Assembly (NCBI GenBank): GCA_964016885.1
Contig: OZ024759.1
Location: 18,724,001-18,788,000 of the forward strand
DNA length: 64,000 nt
Direction of reading: 5' to 3'
Origin: Eledone cirrhosa
Taxonomy: Eukaryota
Shown: positions 44,790 through 58,048 of the stretch, piece by piece
Layout of the letters: every line of letters starts with the position of its first letter
How positions within the stretch are numbered: position 1 is the first letter of the stretch
Program-made: the position numbers and the translations under genes
The notes under the pieces: model-generated
Databases searched by the model: none
What the model was told of the DNA's origin: nothing
The model's input: only the letters and a program-made list of their open reading frames with translations

Positions 44790-44854
44790 ACACACACACA
44801 CATACACACATATATATATATGGGTAGAGAGAGAGGGAGTGTGAGAGAGATATA

Positions 44855-44889
<35 letters not shown>

Positions 44890-44979
44890 TAAGATAAACA
44901 CGCACACACACACACACACACGCATACACACATATATATATATATGGGTAGAGAGAGAGGGAGTGTGAGAGAGATAGAG

Positions 44980-45019
<40 letters not shown>

Positions 45020-45104
45020 AGATAAACACGCACACACACACACACACGCATACACACATATATATATATATGGGTAGAGAGAGAGGGAGTGTGAGAGAGA
45101 TAGA

Positions 45105-45147
<43 letters not shown>

Positions 45148-45195
45148 AGATAAACACGCACACACGCACACACACACGCATACACACATATATAT
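44790..45195. repeat. ~120-130-bp compound microsatellite unit repeated about 3 times
   Basis: tatgggtagagagagagggagtgtgagagagata..gtaagataaacacgcac x3. Confidence 0.85.
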
Positions 45196-45520
45196 CTAGT
45201 ATACACACATATATATCTATTGCGTGTCCTTTTACATCACGGATCACAGGCCTCGCACACCCGGACTGAACAAAGTCTGAGTTACCGTCTTGGGTCCTGT
45301 TTCCCTCATGGATTCAACTTCCCTCCACAATTTCTGTAATACACCGTCCGTTATTGCACACGCGCTTATACATTCACCACTAGATTCCTTTGGCTCTCAT
45401 GCGGTCAGAAACATATACTCTTACAGCTGATACAGACCAACAAAATACGCACAATCTACTTTTCCCTTCACAGCTTCGTACTTACTTTTGCTCACAGCTT
45501 CGTACTTACAAGCACACACA

Positions 45521-46006
45521 CACTCTTTTACTTACATATACACACATATATCCCCTTGGCTTCGTACGGACGTACACTCTTTTACTTACATATACACACA
45601 TATATCCCCTTGGCTTCGTACGGACGTACACTCTTTTACTTACATATACACACATATATCCCCTTGGCTTCGTACAGACGTACACTCTTTTACTTACATA
45701 TACACACATATATCCCCTTGGCTTCGTACAGACGTACACTCTTTTACTTACATATACACACATATATCCCCTTGGCTTCGTACGGACGTACACTCTTTTA
45801 CTTACATATACACACATATATCCCCTTGGCTTCGTACGGACGTACACTCTTTTACTTACATATACACACATATATCCCCTTGGCTTCGTACGGACGTACA
45901 CTCTTTTACTTACATATACACACATATATCCCCTTGGCTTCGTACAGACGTACACTCTTTTACTTACATATACACACATATATCCCCTTGGCTTCGTACG
46001 GACGTA
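45521..46006. repeat. 54-bp minisatellite, 9 copies
   Basis: cactcttttacttacatatacacacatatatccccttggcttcgtac(g/a)gacgta. Confidence 0.95.
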
Positions 46007-47718
46007 TAATAACACACACACACACACACACGCGCGCGACCTTGAATGGAGGAAAGCCATAGTTGACCTCGGCTGAATTTGAACTAAGGAAGCAGAGAAT
46101 CGGAACGAATATTACAAAACATTCTATCCGACGTTCTGACGACTCTGCCAATTCACCGCCTTATGCATTTCTTTTTATTCATAGCTCCTGATAAAGTCGT
46201 AGAGGCAATGAAGTGATATAACTTGGACATGTTAAACATTGCGGTGCCCATTCCTCTCTTCAGAGTGAAAGAGAGGAAGTGTAAAACAGATTTAGAAGAA
46301 GAATCGACCCCAGTCCTGGACTGATAGTTCTATTATTGATCTCAAAAGGATGAAAGGCAAAGATGACCTTGACAGGATTTGAACGCAGAGTACAAAGAGC
46401 CAAAATAAACATCGTAAAAACATTTTATTCGACATTCTGACGCATCTGCCAATTCGCCGCCTACCATATATCGATATACACCCTTGTTCAAGCAGAACAA
46501 AGTTAATAAAGAGTACTTATAACAAACAATGGGAGGATAACTGTCTGTTGTGAAAACAATTCAGCTTTTATCTCATTTCGCTACTTGTTATTCTTCACAT
46601 GTCCACTATAATCACTGCACATATGCCAACGTAACTTGATAGAACGCAACGTATTCAACCGGATTCAGATTGCAATAACGGTTTTGCATGTGATAGCTAG
46701 TGATTAACAGCTTATTCTTCATTAATCTCAATATATATAGGTATCTACCAATATCTAAAAACACTCCTTTCTCTTACGAACGATTCCAACTACGTAAATT
46801 AATCTAAATAACGTGATATAGATCATACTATTACATTTAGTTTCTCTAACTATTTTCTCTATATCAGATTGTTTTCTCATTTCTTTTATGTAAATGTCCG
46901 GTGACCATTCGTTGTCCTTCTAATCCTTCTTCTTTTAAATTTTCTCTAATTAATTAGTTATAGAAATGTATACAAAAAATCTATATTAGAAAAGTCAAGC
47001 TGATCTCCGTCTGTCTGTCATAGCATATATGTAGGAGGGGAGAAGTGGCGAATGAAAGAGGGAGATAGCCCCTGTCACAACATATATGACATGACCAAAA
47101 CCAAACAGAAAGTGATGGAGGTCTATCAAGAAGGGGTTCCTCCAAAAGAAATGAGAAGGCCCTGAATTGGATCCCTGTATACTTAGAATTGCAGTGAGTT
47201 TGCATACAACATAGAGCAATAGACGAAGTAAATCCATTATTTATTTTATCAATCGTGTAACGTGGTAGTGTACAAGTGTAGTGTATTGGGGGTAGAGGAG
47301 TGTAAACTGTTGGTGATGTGTTGATTTATAATACATTCATACATTCCCGTGTTGATATTACATCCTTCTAGAGCAGTGATTGGTTCCCAACTTTTTTATG
47401 CCCCCCCCCCCCCCACACACACACACACCTCACCCCTAAAAACTTTTAATATGTTCTCCCACCCCTTAAAGTAATAATTTGTATAAGAATAAAGCTGAAG
47501 GTGACAGAAACAAATTTGCATAATCAATTTTTAATAATATATAAACAAAAATGAAACATGGAAAAGAAAAAAATATTACAAGAATCTAAAGGATATATGA
47601 TACATGGAAAGAAAAATCTAGTATTTGATGGAAAATCCCTCCAAGTTTCGAGGTTTACTTTGCTCCTCATTCCTTTCATAGCTGATAAAGAAAGTGCCTG
47701 TCCTGTGCCATTGCATTT

Positions 47719-48019
47719 ATACATACCTGCAGACAGATTTTAGAAAGCCTCTCCTCATTGTTAATTGACATTGCTTTGAGTTCTGTCTGTGATTGAGATT
47801 GAGACAAGCTTAGGATCTGGTATTTCCATTTACTATTGGTGTGTATTCGATTTCTCTTTCCGTGTATCATATATATTCTAGAGAGATATATCAACACATG
47901 AAATAGTAAATGGAAATACCAGATCCTAAGCTAGTCTCAATCTCAATCACAGTCAGAACTAAAAGCAATGACAATTAACAATGAGGAGAGGCTTCTAAAA
48001 TCTGTCTGCAGGTATGTAT
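47719..48019. repeat. ~118-bp diverged inverted repeat with spacer
   Basis: 47719-47837 vs 47902-48019. Confidence 0.85.
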
Positions 48020-48054
48020 GATACCTGTTAAGAGAAATTAAAGATGACCCAATA

Positions 48055-48340
48055 GTCTTAGTGGTAAGGGTGTTGGACTTATGATCATAATGTCGTGGGT
48101 TCGATTCCTGGACTGGGTTGTGTGTTGTGTTCTTGAGCAAAACACTTCTTTTCACATTGCTCTAGTATACTCAGCTGAAATCGTGTACCAACTATAACTG
48201 GGGGTGAAGATTAACTCTGCGATGCACTAGTGTCTTGCTCAGGCGGGGAGTCATATATAATCGGGGGTTGATTAACGCCACAGAAATCGGACTAAACATC
48301 CACCTAATGAACGTCCAGACACGAAACAGACTTTAGACTT
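48055..48340 (+). mobile_element. Family B SINE
   Basis: Consensus match. Confidence 0.8.
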
Positions 48341-48976
48341 TTCAAACCACAGTAAAATGGAAATATTAGATACTAAAATGGTCTGAATATCAATCACGGA
48401 CAGAACGCCAGACAATGACAATGAATAGGAAAAAATGGAGGAAATATATTCGTGATATTTCCTGCTCTGTTGTAAGTGGGAAGAACGATTAAAGTAATTT
48501 TGATATATTTGCAATGTCTGGCTTACAAGTTGAAACACAATCATTACAAACTGTTATGATTTTCTTTCCATTTTTTGTTACTTCAAACATATAATATCTT
48601 CTATAGAAATGTTCTTCCACTTAAAATATCTTACGCAAGATATGGCTTATTAAAACACATATTTTACAGTCAATTTTCCAGACATATATTCTCAAGATGC
48701 TTATCTCGCGATTATATGTGAAGAAAACTCTTGCTACAGAATTTAAATATGCAAAAGTTTCTTTCAAAATTACCATCTAGAAAATTACTTAATGAGAATT
48801 CCAATGACAACACTTCGTGTTCTTTTCGATTCAAACTCTTCCAAAAATATAAATTATTAATGAAGTGGTTGTTACCTACGTGTTAAGCAGATACTGGTGA
48901 ATTATCTATCAAATGTGAACGATAAAATGTATATATAATACATAACGATAAAATAAATATATAAAACATAGTGCAA

Positions 48977-49013
<37 letters not shown>

Positions 49014-49737
49014 TATTATTACACTATGTTATATATATATATGTGTGTGTGTGTGGGTGTGTGTGTGTATATATATATTTATATATGTGTGTGTGTGCGA
49101 GAGTAAAAGTGAGGAAGGAGAAAGAAAGAGATGCACAGAAATGCAGAAAAAGGGAGTTTGCATGTTGGAAAGTATGGACGCTAATTTTGTTTCGAATAAA
49201 ATTACTCTAATCATAAAGAGTGACAATCTAATTTTTGTAATACACATTCTCGAATCTAATCATTAAACAGGAAATCAATACTTGAAACATGAGAAATTTC
49301 CATAATGTTGAAAGAATTTTCTTTTATTTTGCTAACTTTGTTTGTTTTCAATTTTTGGTAAACAATAGAATAGTTGCGGATTTTTAAAGAAAACCTGATT
49401 AAAACAAAGACTGAGGTATTCTATATTATAATGCAATGCTAAAGAATGTAAACGTTGCAGAATTCATCGAAATTTCCAAAAAAAAAAAAAAATGGTAATA
49501 AATAATAAAGGAAAAAAAACAAAATGAAATAAAATAAATACATTTTTAAAATCTATCAAACTTGATAAATGTTTTCCACAGAAGGCGAGATCCGTGAAAG
49601 GAATTCATAATAACTCAAACAACGTATTCCCCTGGAGTGATACTAAAGGATGGAGTAGGGAGAATACGTAGATATTAATAATATTAGTAGGCTTTTTAAT
49701 AAGTTAATTATAGAGTGTGGGATGTACGTATCAGCGG

Positions 49738-50493
49738 AAAGGATCTCCATCGCTTACGACGATGCATGCTTGTCAAGTGTCTTGATCAACAGATCACCTT
49801 GACCAAGATATTAATATGCAGAATAACTTAATTTGTAGAATGTAGGATATACGTATGAAAAGAAAGGATCTCCATCGCTTACGACGATGCATGCTTGTCA
49901 AGTGTCTTGATCAACAGATCACTTTGACCAAGATATTAATATGCAGAATAACTTAATTTGTAGAATGTAGGATATACGTATGAAAAGAAAGGATCTCCAT
50001 CGCTTACGACGATGCATGCTTGTCAAGTGTCTTGATCAACAGATCACCTTGACCAAGATATTAATATGCAGAATAACTTAATTTGTAGAATGTAGGAAAT
50101 ACGTATGAAAAGAAAGGATCTCCATCGCTTACGACGATGCATGCTTGTCAAGTGTCTTGATCAACAGATCACTTTGACCAAGATATTAATATGCAGAATA
50201 ACTTAATTTGTAGAATGTAGGATATACGTATGAAAAGAAAGGATCTCCATCGCTTACGACGATGCATGCTTGTCAAGTGTCTTGATCAACAGATCACCTT
50301 GACCAAGATATTAATATGCAGAATAACTTAATTTGTAGAATGTAGGAAATACGTATGAAAAGAAAGGATCTCCATCGCTTACGACGATGCATGCTTGTCA
50401 AGTGTCTTGATCAACAGATCACCTTGACCAAGATATTAATATGCAGAATAACTTAATTTGTAGAATGTTGGAAATACGTATGAAAAGAAAGGA
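49738..50493. repeat. 125-bp tandem repeat, 6 copies plus diverged flanking partial units
   Basis: ggatctccat at 49741, 49866, 49991, 50116, 50241, 50366. Confidence 0.95.
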
Positions 50494-50955
50494 CCGTTGA
50501 TACGCTTGTCAAGTCTCTCGTTCAACGTAACTCCCTGATCGTCTTATTAATATGTATAACTAAACCACCCGTGACCCGTTGGGTCACGTTAACTTCAAAA
50601 TATATTTTTTTAAATCATGTTCACTTAAAAATAATTTTTAAATAATTAAAATATACGCAGACATGTATATAATGTGAAATGAAACTGGAAGGCCCACATA
50701 TATATACGTGTGTGTATGAATATATATAAATGTGTGTGTATGTATACATATATATATATATATATATATATATGCGTGTGTATATATATATATATGTGGG
50801 TGTCTGTTATCTATATACACTGGTCATAGACACACACAAACATATACAAACACACTCATATATATATACACACAACAACTCCACCACCTCTTTCTTTCTC
50901 TCTTCGATTCTCCTTCTCTATGTTCCTCTTTCACAACCACTATCTCTTTCTGTTT

Positions 50956-50996
<41 letters not shown>

Positions 50997-51221
50997 GAAG
51001 GTACCCAGAAAAGCCCATATCTCGTGAACCCGTGGTCGGATTTACGCGAAACTTGTTTTATTCCATTTGTATTCCCATTTCAGGGGCAACTGTTTTACAA
51101 AATATTTTCCCATCATGCGCCCTTTTGGCTGTATTACATTACAGGCAACCAAGCAATCACAGACCTTTAGTAATATATAGATAACTTAATTTGTGCGAGG
51201 CCGGCTGAATAGTTCACAGGC

Positions 51222-51254
<33 letters not shown>

Positions 51255-51627
51255 GTGTGTGTGTGCGCCTGTGTGTGTGTGACAGTGTGTGAGTGTGACA
51301 GTGTGTGAGTGTGTTTGGCTGAAAGGAATCTTTGAAACATAAATATGCTTTGATATACCCAGTGTGTATATATGTGCATGATTATATGTGTGTGTATGTG
51401 TGTGTGTATGTGTGTGTGTGCCTGTGTACATATAATGTGTAACTAATATATTTCGGTAGACCCATAGTGTGTATATGTGCATGGTTATGTGTGTGAATAT
51501 GTGTAAGGTTGTTTGTGTGTATATATACATAGTTATGTATGTGTGTATATGTGTATTGTTATATGTATGTATGTCAGTGTGTATGGATATCTGTGAGTCA
51601 TTGTGTATATATATGTGTGTGTATAAG

Positions 51628-51659
51628 TACGTATTTGCGCAAGTATATATACGCTTGGA

Positions 51660-51690
<31 letters not shown>

Positions 51691-51737
51691 GATGTGTGTG
51701 TGTGTTCCAAGCGTATATATACTTGCGCAAATACGTA
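51628..51737. repeat. Fold-back palindrome centred on (TA)n
   Basis: tacgtatttgcgcaagtatatatacgcttggaacac / gtgttccaagcgtatatatacttgcgcaaatacgta. Confidence 0.9.
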
Positions 51738-51765
51738 TAAATACCATACTTATTTTTTGATACCC

Positions 51766-51816
51766 AGATTCCTGATGATTTCTAAAGAATGAAACAGTTC
51801 TAGTCCTGTAGAATCT
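51766..51816 (+). ncRNA. Solitary Type I hammerhead ribozyme
   Basis: agattc-CTGATGA-tttctaaagaat-GAAA-cag-ttctagtc-ctg-TA^gaatct. Confidence 0.75.
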
Positions 51817-51828
51817 CATCTATATTAA

Positions 51829-51881
<53 letters not shown>

Positions 51882-51886
<5 letters not shown>

Positions 51887-52310
51887 ATATTAAATAAATG
51901 GAAACTATATTTATAAAACCATATTTATTTTATTATATATATTTCAAGGGTAACCAAGACAACATTGGTGCGCTTTCATCAGATAAAATACAAAGTTTGT
52001 TTTATAAATAGAGACAGACCCATGAGAATCATACCTTATCGGTTGGAAATTCACTATCCAGTGAATTCCCAACCGACGGGTATGTCTCTATTTATAAAAC
52101 AAACTTTGTATTTTATCTGATGAAAGCGCACCAATGTTGTCTTGGTTACCCTTGAAATATATATAATAAAATAAATATGGTTTTATAAATATAGTTTCCA
52201 TTTATTTAATATCATTGAATATTTACTCCAGTATATTGTTGAGTGCTCTAAATCAGTTATAAACATTTATATTTGTCGGACTTCCAACAAATTAAATACC
52301 ACTTCTACTT
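51882..52310. mobile_element. Inverted dimer with hammerheads at 51926-51990 (-) and 52109-52173 (+)
   Basis: tattttat-CTGATGA-aag..accaa/ttggt..ctt-GAAA-tatata-TA^ataaaata; distal stem tatttataaaac/gttttataaata; palindrome 51882-52217. Confidence 0.85.
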
Positions 52311-52326
52311 ATATATATATATATAA

Positions 52327-52454
52327 AACGAAGGAATTGTGGTAAGGAACCAGATGGACCATAACGCACCAAAGTACTCAATGCTTAGTGTAGTAGAGTG
52401 GGTAATAGGAACCAGTATGACCCCGACGGCAGAGCTCAAGCCGTTTCGACGGCT
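52327..52454 (-). mobile_element. Half-hammerhead family element
   Basis: Homologous to the long arm of 18233. Confidence 0.75.
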
Positions 52455-52455
52455 A

Positions 52456-52495
<40 letters not shown>

Positions 52496-52803
52496 CGCTC
52501 CGCTAAAATCTGAGTGTGTGTTATGGGTATGATTATGTGTATATATGTGTTATAGGTATGTCTATATATGCGTGTGTATGTATGTTTGTAGATACGTTTA
52601 TATATGTGTGTAGAGTAAAGGAAGAGATATAGTGTGTATGGTATTGCCCATACACATTTGTAAAGACAGGAAATGTGAAGGAAAGCATGATTTATATATT
52701 TCCTGGGAAGTCATTAGTATATGTAAGCAAGAATGCACTATAAGCTTTCTTTCAGCTGCTTCTGTCGCCTGCAACTATCTATACACAATGCCATATATAT
52801 ATG

Positions 52804-52953
<150 letters not shown>

Positions 52954-53104
52954 TACGCATAAATATATATACATATATATATATATATATAATATATATA
53001 TATATATATTATATATTGATAAATAGATAGATAGATAGATAGATAAATAGCTATATATATACATATATATATATATATAATGTCTCTTTATTAGCCACAG
53101 GGGC

Positions 53105-53148
<44 letters not shown>

Positions 53149-53159
53149 GCCCCTGTGTC

Positions 53160-53292
53160 CAGAATTAGCCGTCGAAACGGCTTGAGCTCAGCTGTCGGGG
53201 TCTTACTGATTCCTATTACCCACTCTACTACCTCAAGTATTGAGTACTTTGGTGCGTTATGGTCCACCTGGTTCCTTACCACATTTCCTTCG

Positions 53293-53294
<2 letters not shown>
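53160..53294 (+). mobile_element. Half-hammerhead family element
   Basis: agaattagccgtcGAAAcggcttgagctcagctgTCggggtc plus tail. Confidence 0.75.
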
Positions 53295-53368
<74 letters not shown>

Positions 53369-53456
53369 TTGTGTGTGTGCGTAGGTTAAAGGGAAACAGA
53401 GATAACAACACAGTCGGTACAGTATATGGAAGGAAAATATTAGGTTAGCGCTTGAA

Positions 53457-53509
<53 letters not shown>

Positions 53510-53517
<8 letters not shown>

Positions 53518-53660
53518 TAATGAAATGACAGGAGGCTGGACTTGTGTAAATCCTTGAAAGAAAGATGATTGAACTGCTTTACGTTCAGTACTCTCCATAT
53601 TATTACATTAAGATTGACCATCTCGATCCAGTGGTGTACCTCAAACCTGAACCTCAAACT
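53510..53660. mobile_element. Internally deleted inverted copy of the 42547 family
   Basis: aatattataatgaaatgacaggaggctgg.. joined to tail gaactgctttacgtt..cctcaaacctgaa. Confidence 0.7.
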
Positions 53661-53661
53661 C

Positions 53662-53734
<73 letters not shown>

Positions 53735-53736
<2 letters not shown>

Positions 53737-54290
53737 TGTGAAGGCGGGTGGCCGAGTTGTTAGAGAACTGGATTCGCAATCGTGAGTTCGATTCCCGAAC
53801 CGGGCGATGCGGTGTGTTCTTGGGCAAGACACTTTATTTCACGTTGCTCCTTCTACCTGGAGTTGCGACCGATAGATAGTATTAGCAATTGGAAAGACCA
53901 ATGGAAACATTGTTTCCTCGGTCCGATTTGACGAAAGTCGATCGACTGTCGATATATATATAGATATATATCATTGGTGGATTGGCAGTATCGGTAGAGG
54001 GTCGGACGCCATGCTTTACAGCATAGTTACGTCCCTTTACGATCTGAGTTCAAATCCCGCCAAGGTTGACTTTGCCTTTCATCTTTACGGGGTCGATAAA
54101 ATAAAGTACCAGTAATGCACTGGGTAATTGCTGGCCTTGTGCCTAAAGTAGAAACAATTATTATGAATAAAGTTCAAATCCCGCCGTGGTTAACTTTGCC
54201 TTTCATCCTTACGGGTTCGATAAAATAAAGTACCAGTAATACACTGATTTAATTGCTGGCCTTGTGCCTAAAGTAGAAACAATTATTATG
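53735..54290 (+). mobile_element. SINE cluster: (TA)n-associated tRNA-SINE (53735-53945) and family A copies (53976-54290)
   Basis: Consensus matches. Confidence 0.85.
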
Positions 54291-54722
54291 GATAGGGTAC
54301 AGATGTTTCACGAACGAAGTTAGAGTGCTCAATTGATATAGCAGCATTAAATATATGAAAAATTGTACAGTCTGCTAATCGCAATTCATTGTGTGGAAAT
54401 GATTCTCTGCTGAGACGAGAATGAGTTGATAGCTTATAGGTTTTTTTTTTAATATGAAACATAGCCTGCAAATGCTCATTTGCATATAATACGACTAGGA
54501 TTAATTATCAGATTAATTACAAGCTAGGATTAATTACGAGTAACTCTAACAACATGGCGTGGCTCGTAATAGTGTTGTTCATTATGTTTTTGTATAATAA
54601 ATATTCAAGCATCTCTGTGAATATTTTAAAATATGTTCATGTCAGCTTGAAATAGATATATCAAGTCATGGGTAAATCCATGTATATACACACACACAAA
54701 CACACACACACACACACACACG

Positions 54723-54758
<36 letters not shown>

Positions 54759-54934
54759 TACATTCATATATTTATAGTTAATACGAAGCATTGTGAGATA
54801 TGTAATAAAAGACCGATAAATTTATAGAGATATACATACACATATATGTACATGTATACGTATTTCACACACATATATATATATATTTATATATATATAT
54901 ATATATATGTGTGTGTGAATATATATATATATAC

Positions 54935-55094
54935 GAAAAGGTATGACCCCGACGGCAGAGCTCAAGCAGTTTCGAAACGGCTTGAGCTCTGCCATCAGGG
55001 TCATACCTTTTCCTATTTCCCACTCTACTACCCTAAGTATTGAGTACTCTGGTGTGTTATGGTCCATCTGATTCCTTACCACAATTCCTTTGTT
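54935..55094. mobile_element. Half-hammerhead fold-back element inverted exactly at tttcGAAA
   Basis: gagctcaagcagtttc|gaaacggcttgagctc. Confidence 0.75.
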
Positions 55095-55114
55095 ATATAT
55101 ATATATATATCTAT

Positions 55115-55452
55115 GTGTGTGAATGAAGTAATTCCGTCGGAAAAGTCCAGGAAAAAAGAGTGCTCTATGTAGGCAACAGAGCTTAATAGTTATGTAATAA
55201 ACAACATAAGGCAATTATTCCATTTACCAGTGGTTTCTTAAAAGCAAAAAATGTTGCTTTCAATCATCAGAATGAAAAAATCCTGGTCTGTTTATTGAAT
55301 TTGGATTTTAAAAATAAATTTGTTTTTAAAATCCAAATTCAATAAACAGACCAGGATTTTTTTCATTCTGATGATTGAAAGCAAAGTTTTTTGCTTTTAA
55401 GAAACCACTGGTAAATGGAATAATTGCCTTATGTTGTTTATTACATAACTAT
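55115..55452. mobile_element. Inverted dimer with hammerheads at 55218-55277 (-) and 55361-55420 (+)
   Basis: tttcatt-CTGATGA-ttgaaagcaaa-gttt-tttgcttttaa-GAAA-ccactgg-TA^aatggaa; palindrome 55186-55452. Confidence 0.85.
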
Positions 55453-55529
55453 ATATATATATAAATATACATATATTCACATATATATATATTTATATAT
55501 ACACACACACATATATGTACATATACATA

Positions 55530-55568
<39 letters not shown>

Positions 55569-55580
55569 ATATATATATAT

Positions 55581-56137
55581 ACCGAGTCTATTGTAATGAT
55601 CAAGCCGCCTCCCCCCTTCAAAGATGAAGCAGAGGCGGTGTTTCTGTGCGTAATAGCCATGGCGAAAGAGGTTGTATGGTGGACGCGTCTGAAAGGACTG
55701 AGGTCAGGCACCTTTCTCTCTGGCCAACAACTGGTCCGTTTCTTCCGATATCATTTCGGAAGAAGGATCAGGATGGAGAGAGAGGTGCTCCACCCCAGTC
55801 GTTTTTATGAAAGGTGGGTGAAAGTGGCGAGAATGGCCCGTGTGAATGGGCCTTCTCTTTACATAAGCCTGTAGGTGGAAAAGAGGAAGGAACGAGGGAG
55901 CACCCCCTCTCTGTGCTCCTGAGGAAAAGGGTTGCACACTTTTTTCGGGGGTGTGTGCGACCCCGCAAGGCGCCTCCTCTCTATTGAGGATTTTGTTATA
56001 AATTTTATTTTTTGTTATATTTTATTTTATTTTTATATTTTGTTATTGCCTCCTCCTTATTGAGGACGCCTTTTTGTGTAAACTCCCCCCTTTGTACTTG
56101 TCCCACTTTTGATGCCCTGGTGGCAAATAAAAGAAAC
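55581..56137 (+). mobile_element. 5'-truncated Tx1-like LINE next to (TATC)n/(TA)n
   Basis: Open ORF2 C-terminus ESIVMIKPPPPF..AKEVVWWTR..ARVNGPSLYISL* (stop at 55874), 3' UTR, AATAAA at 56126. Confidence 0.82.
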
Positions 56138-56179
56138 ATATCTATATATATATATATATATACACCCATATGAATATAT

Positions 56180-57400
56180 ATTTATAAACTTAAATCATGA
56201 CCATGTTTATCTTTGATTTTCAAATAATCACATTCTTAATAAGATTTATCAAATACATGTCCGCGTGTCCAAAAAGACTTTTTCTTTGACTGCTGATCTC
56301 AGGATTCCTGGTGAGAAAGAAACTTTCATATCGAATCAAGTAATGCTGTAAAACTACTTATTTGTGATAATGTAGGAAGTCAATTTTAGATTTAGGAAAT
56401 GAAGATTGCGTGCGAACGCCATGCGGTAGTAATAAGCTCCAATTAAACAGAATCTGCGATACATTGCTCTGTGTACCTGCAATTTCCAAGCATAATTAAT
56501 AGTCTAGGGTGAATGGATTCCACAAAGTTAATTACGCATGAATTTTCTTGAAGATAAAGGTATGGAAGACGCCTCAGTGAGCTATTAAAATATGTTTGTT
56601 TTTAATATAATAATTGTGGAGAATTCTGTGTATGTATATGCTGTATTATAAATAAACTTTCTGGGTTTTGACGGTCACAGCCATGGAACATTCGTTTACC
56701 GCTTCCGGTCGTTAATAGAAACACCGTGAATTAAATTCTCCTGAAACGTTGCGGGAATGTGCAAAGGAATATGTTTTGTGAATCTTTCAAGTTATTACTT
56801 TCATTGCTGTAAAACTTTTCATAGATTGACTCAACTGAGCTTCCCTGGATATTAGTTAACAATTTCATAAATGGATGTGTGACGGTATATAATGTTTTCA
56901 TAGATGCATGCTGTAGCTTTTCAATGAAGGTCGTTTATTATAGCATGTTACGATATAAAAGTTTCCAGTTTTGCAGCAAAGTTAAACGAGCTTTCTGACA
57001 TGATATATTTGTAAAGTGCAGACATTGAGACAGGTTTCTAAATAATTTAATATATCAGTAACTTTGCTACATCACGATGCCTTATGCAATGAACCTACAA
57101 GTGTTTGCTTGATTTTCGAAATCTCACAGTTTTATTGAAGGTCATTTAAATAGTATTTTAGGATATAAAAGTTTTCAGTTTTGCTACAAAGCGAATCAAG
57201 ATTTCTGACATGATACATTTGTAAACATTGAGACGGGTTTCTGAATAACTAAAAATATCAATAGCTTCACTACGTCATGAAGCCTTATGCAGTGAACCTG
57301 GAAGTGTTTGCTTGAATTTCGAAATTCCATAGTTTTATTGATAATATTATACTGAATATCATTATGAATTTAATCAGACTTAAATGATTGGTGTTAGTTA
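56180..57400 (-). pseudogene. Possible eroded leucine-rich-repeat coding relic with an internal ~210-bp diverged tandem duplication (56927-57340)
   Basis: Fragments FNSSLRRLPYLYLQEN, RNLHFLNLK, YLINLIKN, LQNWKLLY in shifting frames with many stops. The duplication itself is directly visible. Confidence 0.25.
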
Positions 57401-58001
57401 GAAACAATAGATCAACGGATTTGTTTAAGTCCCAAGGTAGAATTCACATAGTCATCTGGAGTGGTTAAAATAAATACCGATCAATTATTGCAGTAGATTT
57501 AATCAATTGCCATCTCGTTCAGTAATTAGTGAATTCCTGGCTAGGTTTATGTTGGAAGTCAATTTAAGCAGCCTTAATAATTTTGTTTTGTCAAATTAGC
57601 TTTCATCCGACTGGGACCAATAAAATATTTACAATTGTTACAATGTTATCGATTCAGAAAATCGTACGGTTTAAAGGTAAATCAATGTTATTTATTAGGA
57701 AAAGGATAAAGGACAACTATTGGTCAAATTGATTGCAATGTTTAAAGAGGAAAAATAGTCTGATGGGACAGGCGAAGATCTACGCCGACGAAAAACAGTT
57801 AATAACCTCCTCCTCCTCTTTCTTCTTCGTTTTCTTCTTCTTCTTCGTCGTCGTCGTCGTCTTCATCTTTATCGTCGTCATCGTCTTTTTCTTCTTCTTC
57901 TCCATTTCACCCTAGTCTCACTTCACTTCAGTATCTATCTTTAGAAGAGAGTCTCGTTGAGGAATGTTTTAAAAGCTGTGGTCACTGATGATCTATTATT
58001 C

Positions 58002-58037
<36 letters not shown>

Positions 58038-58048
58038 GGATTGTTATG

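Noticed and set aside
45390-46076. 228-aa repeat protein ORF
   Set aside because: An in-frame 54-bp minisatellite open in several frames on both strands, with no coding signature.
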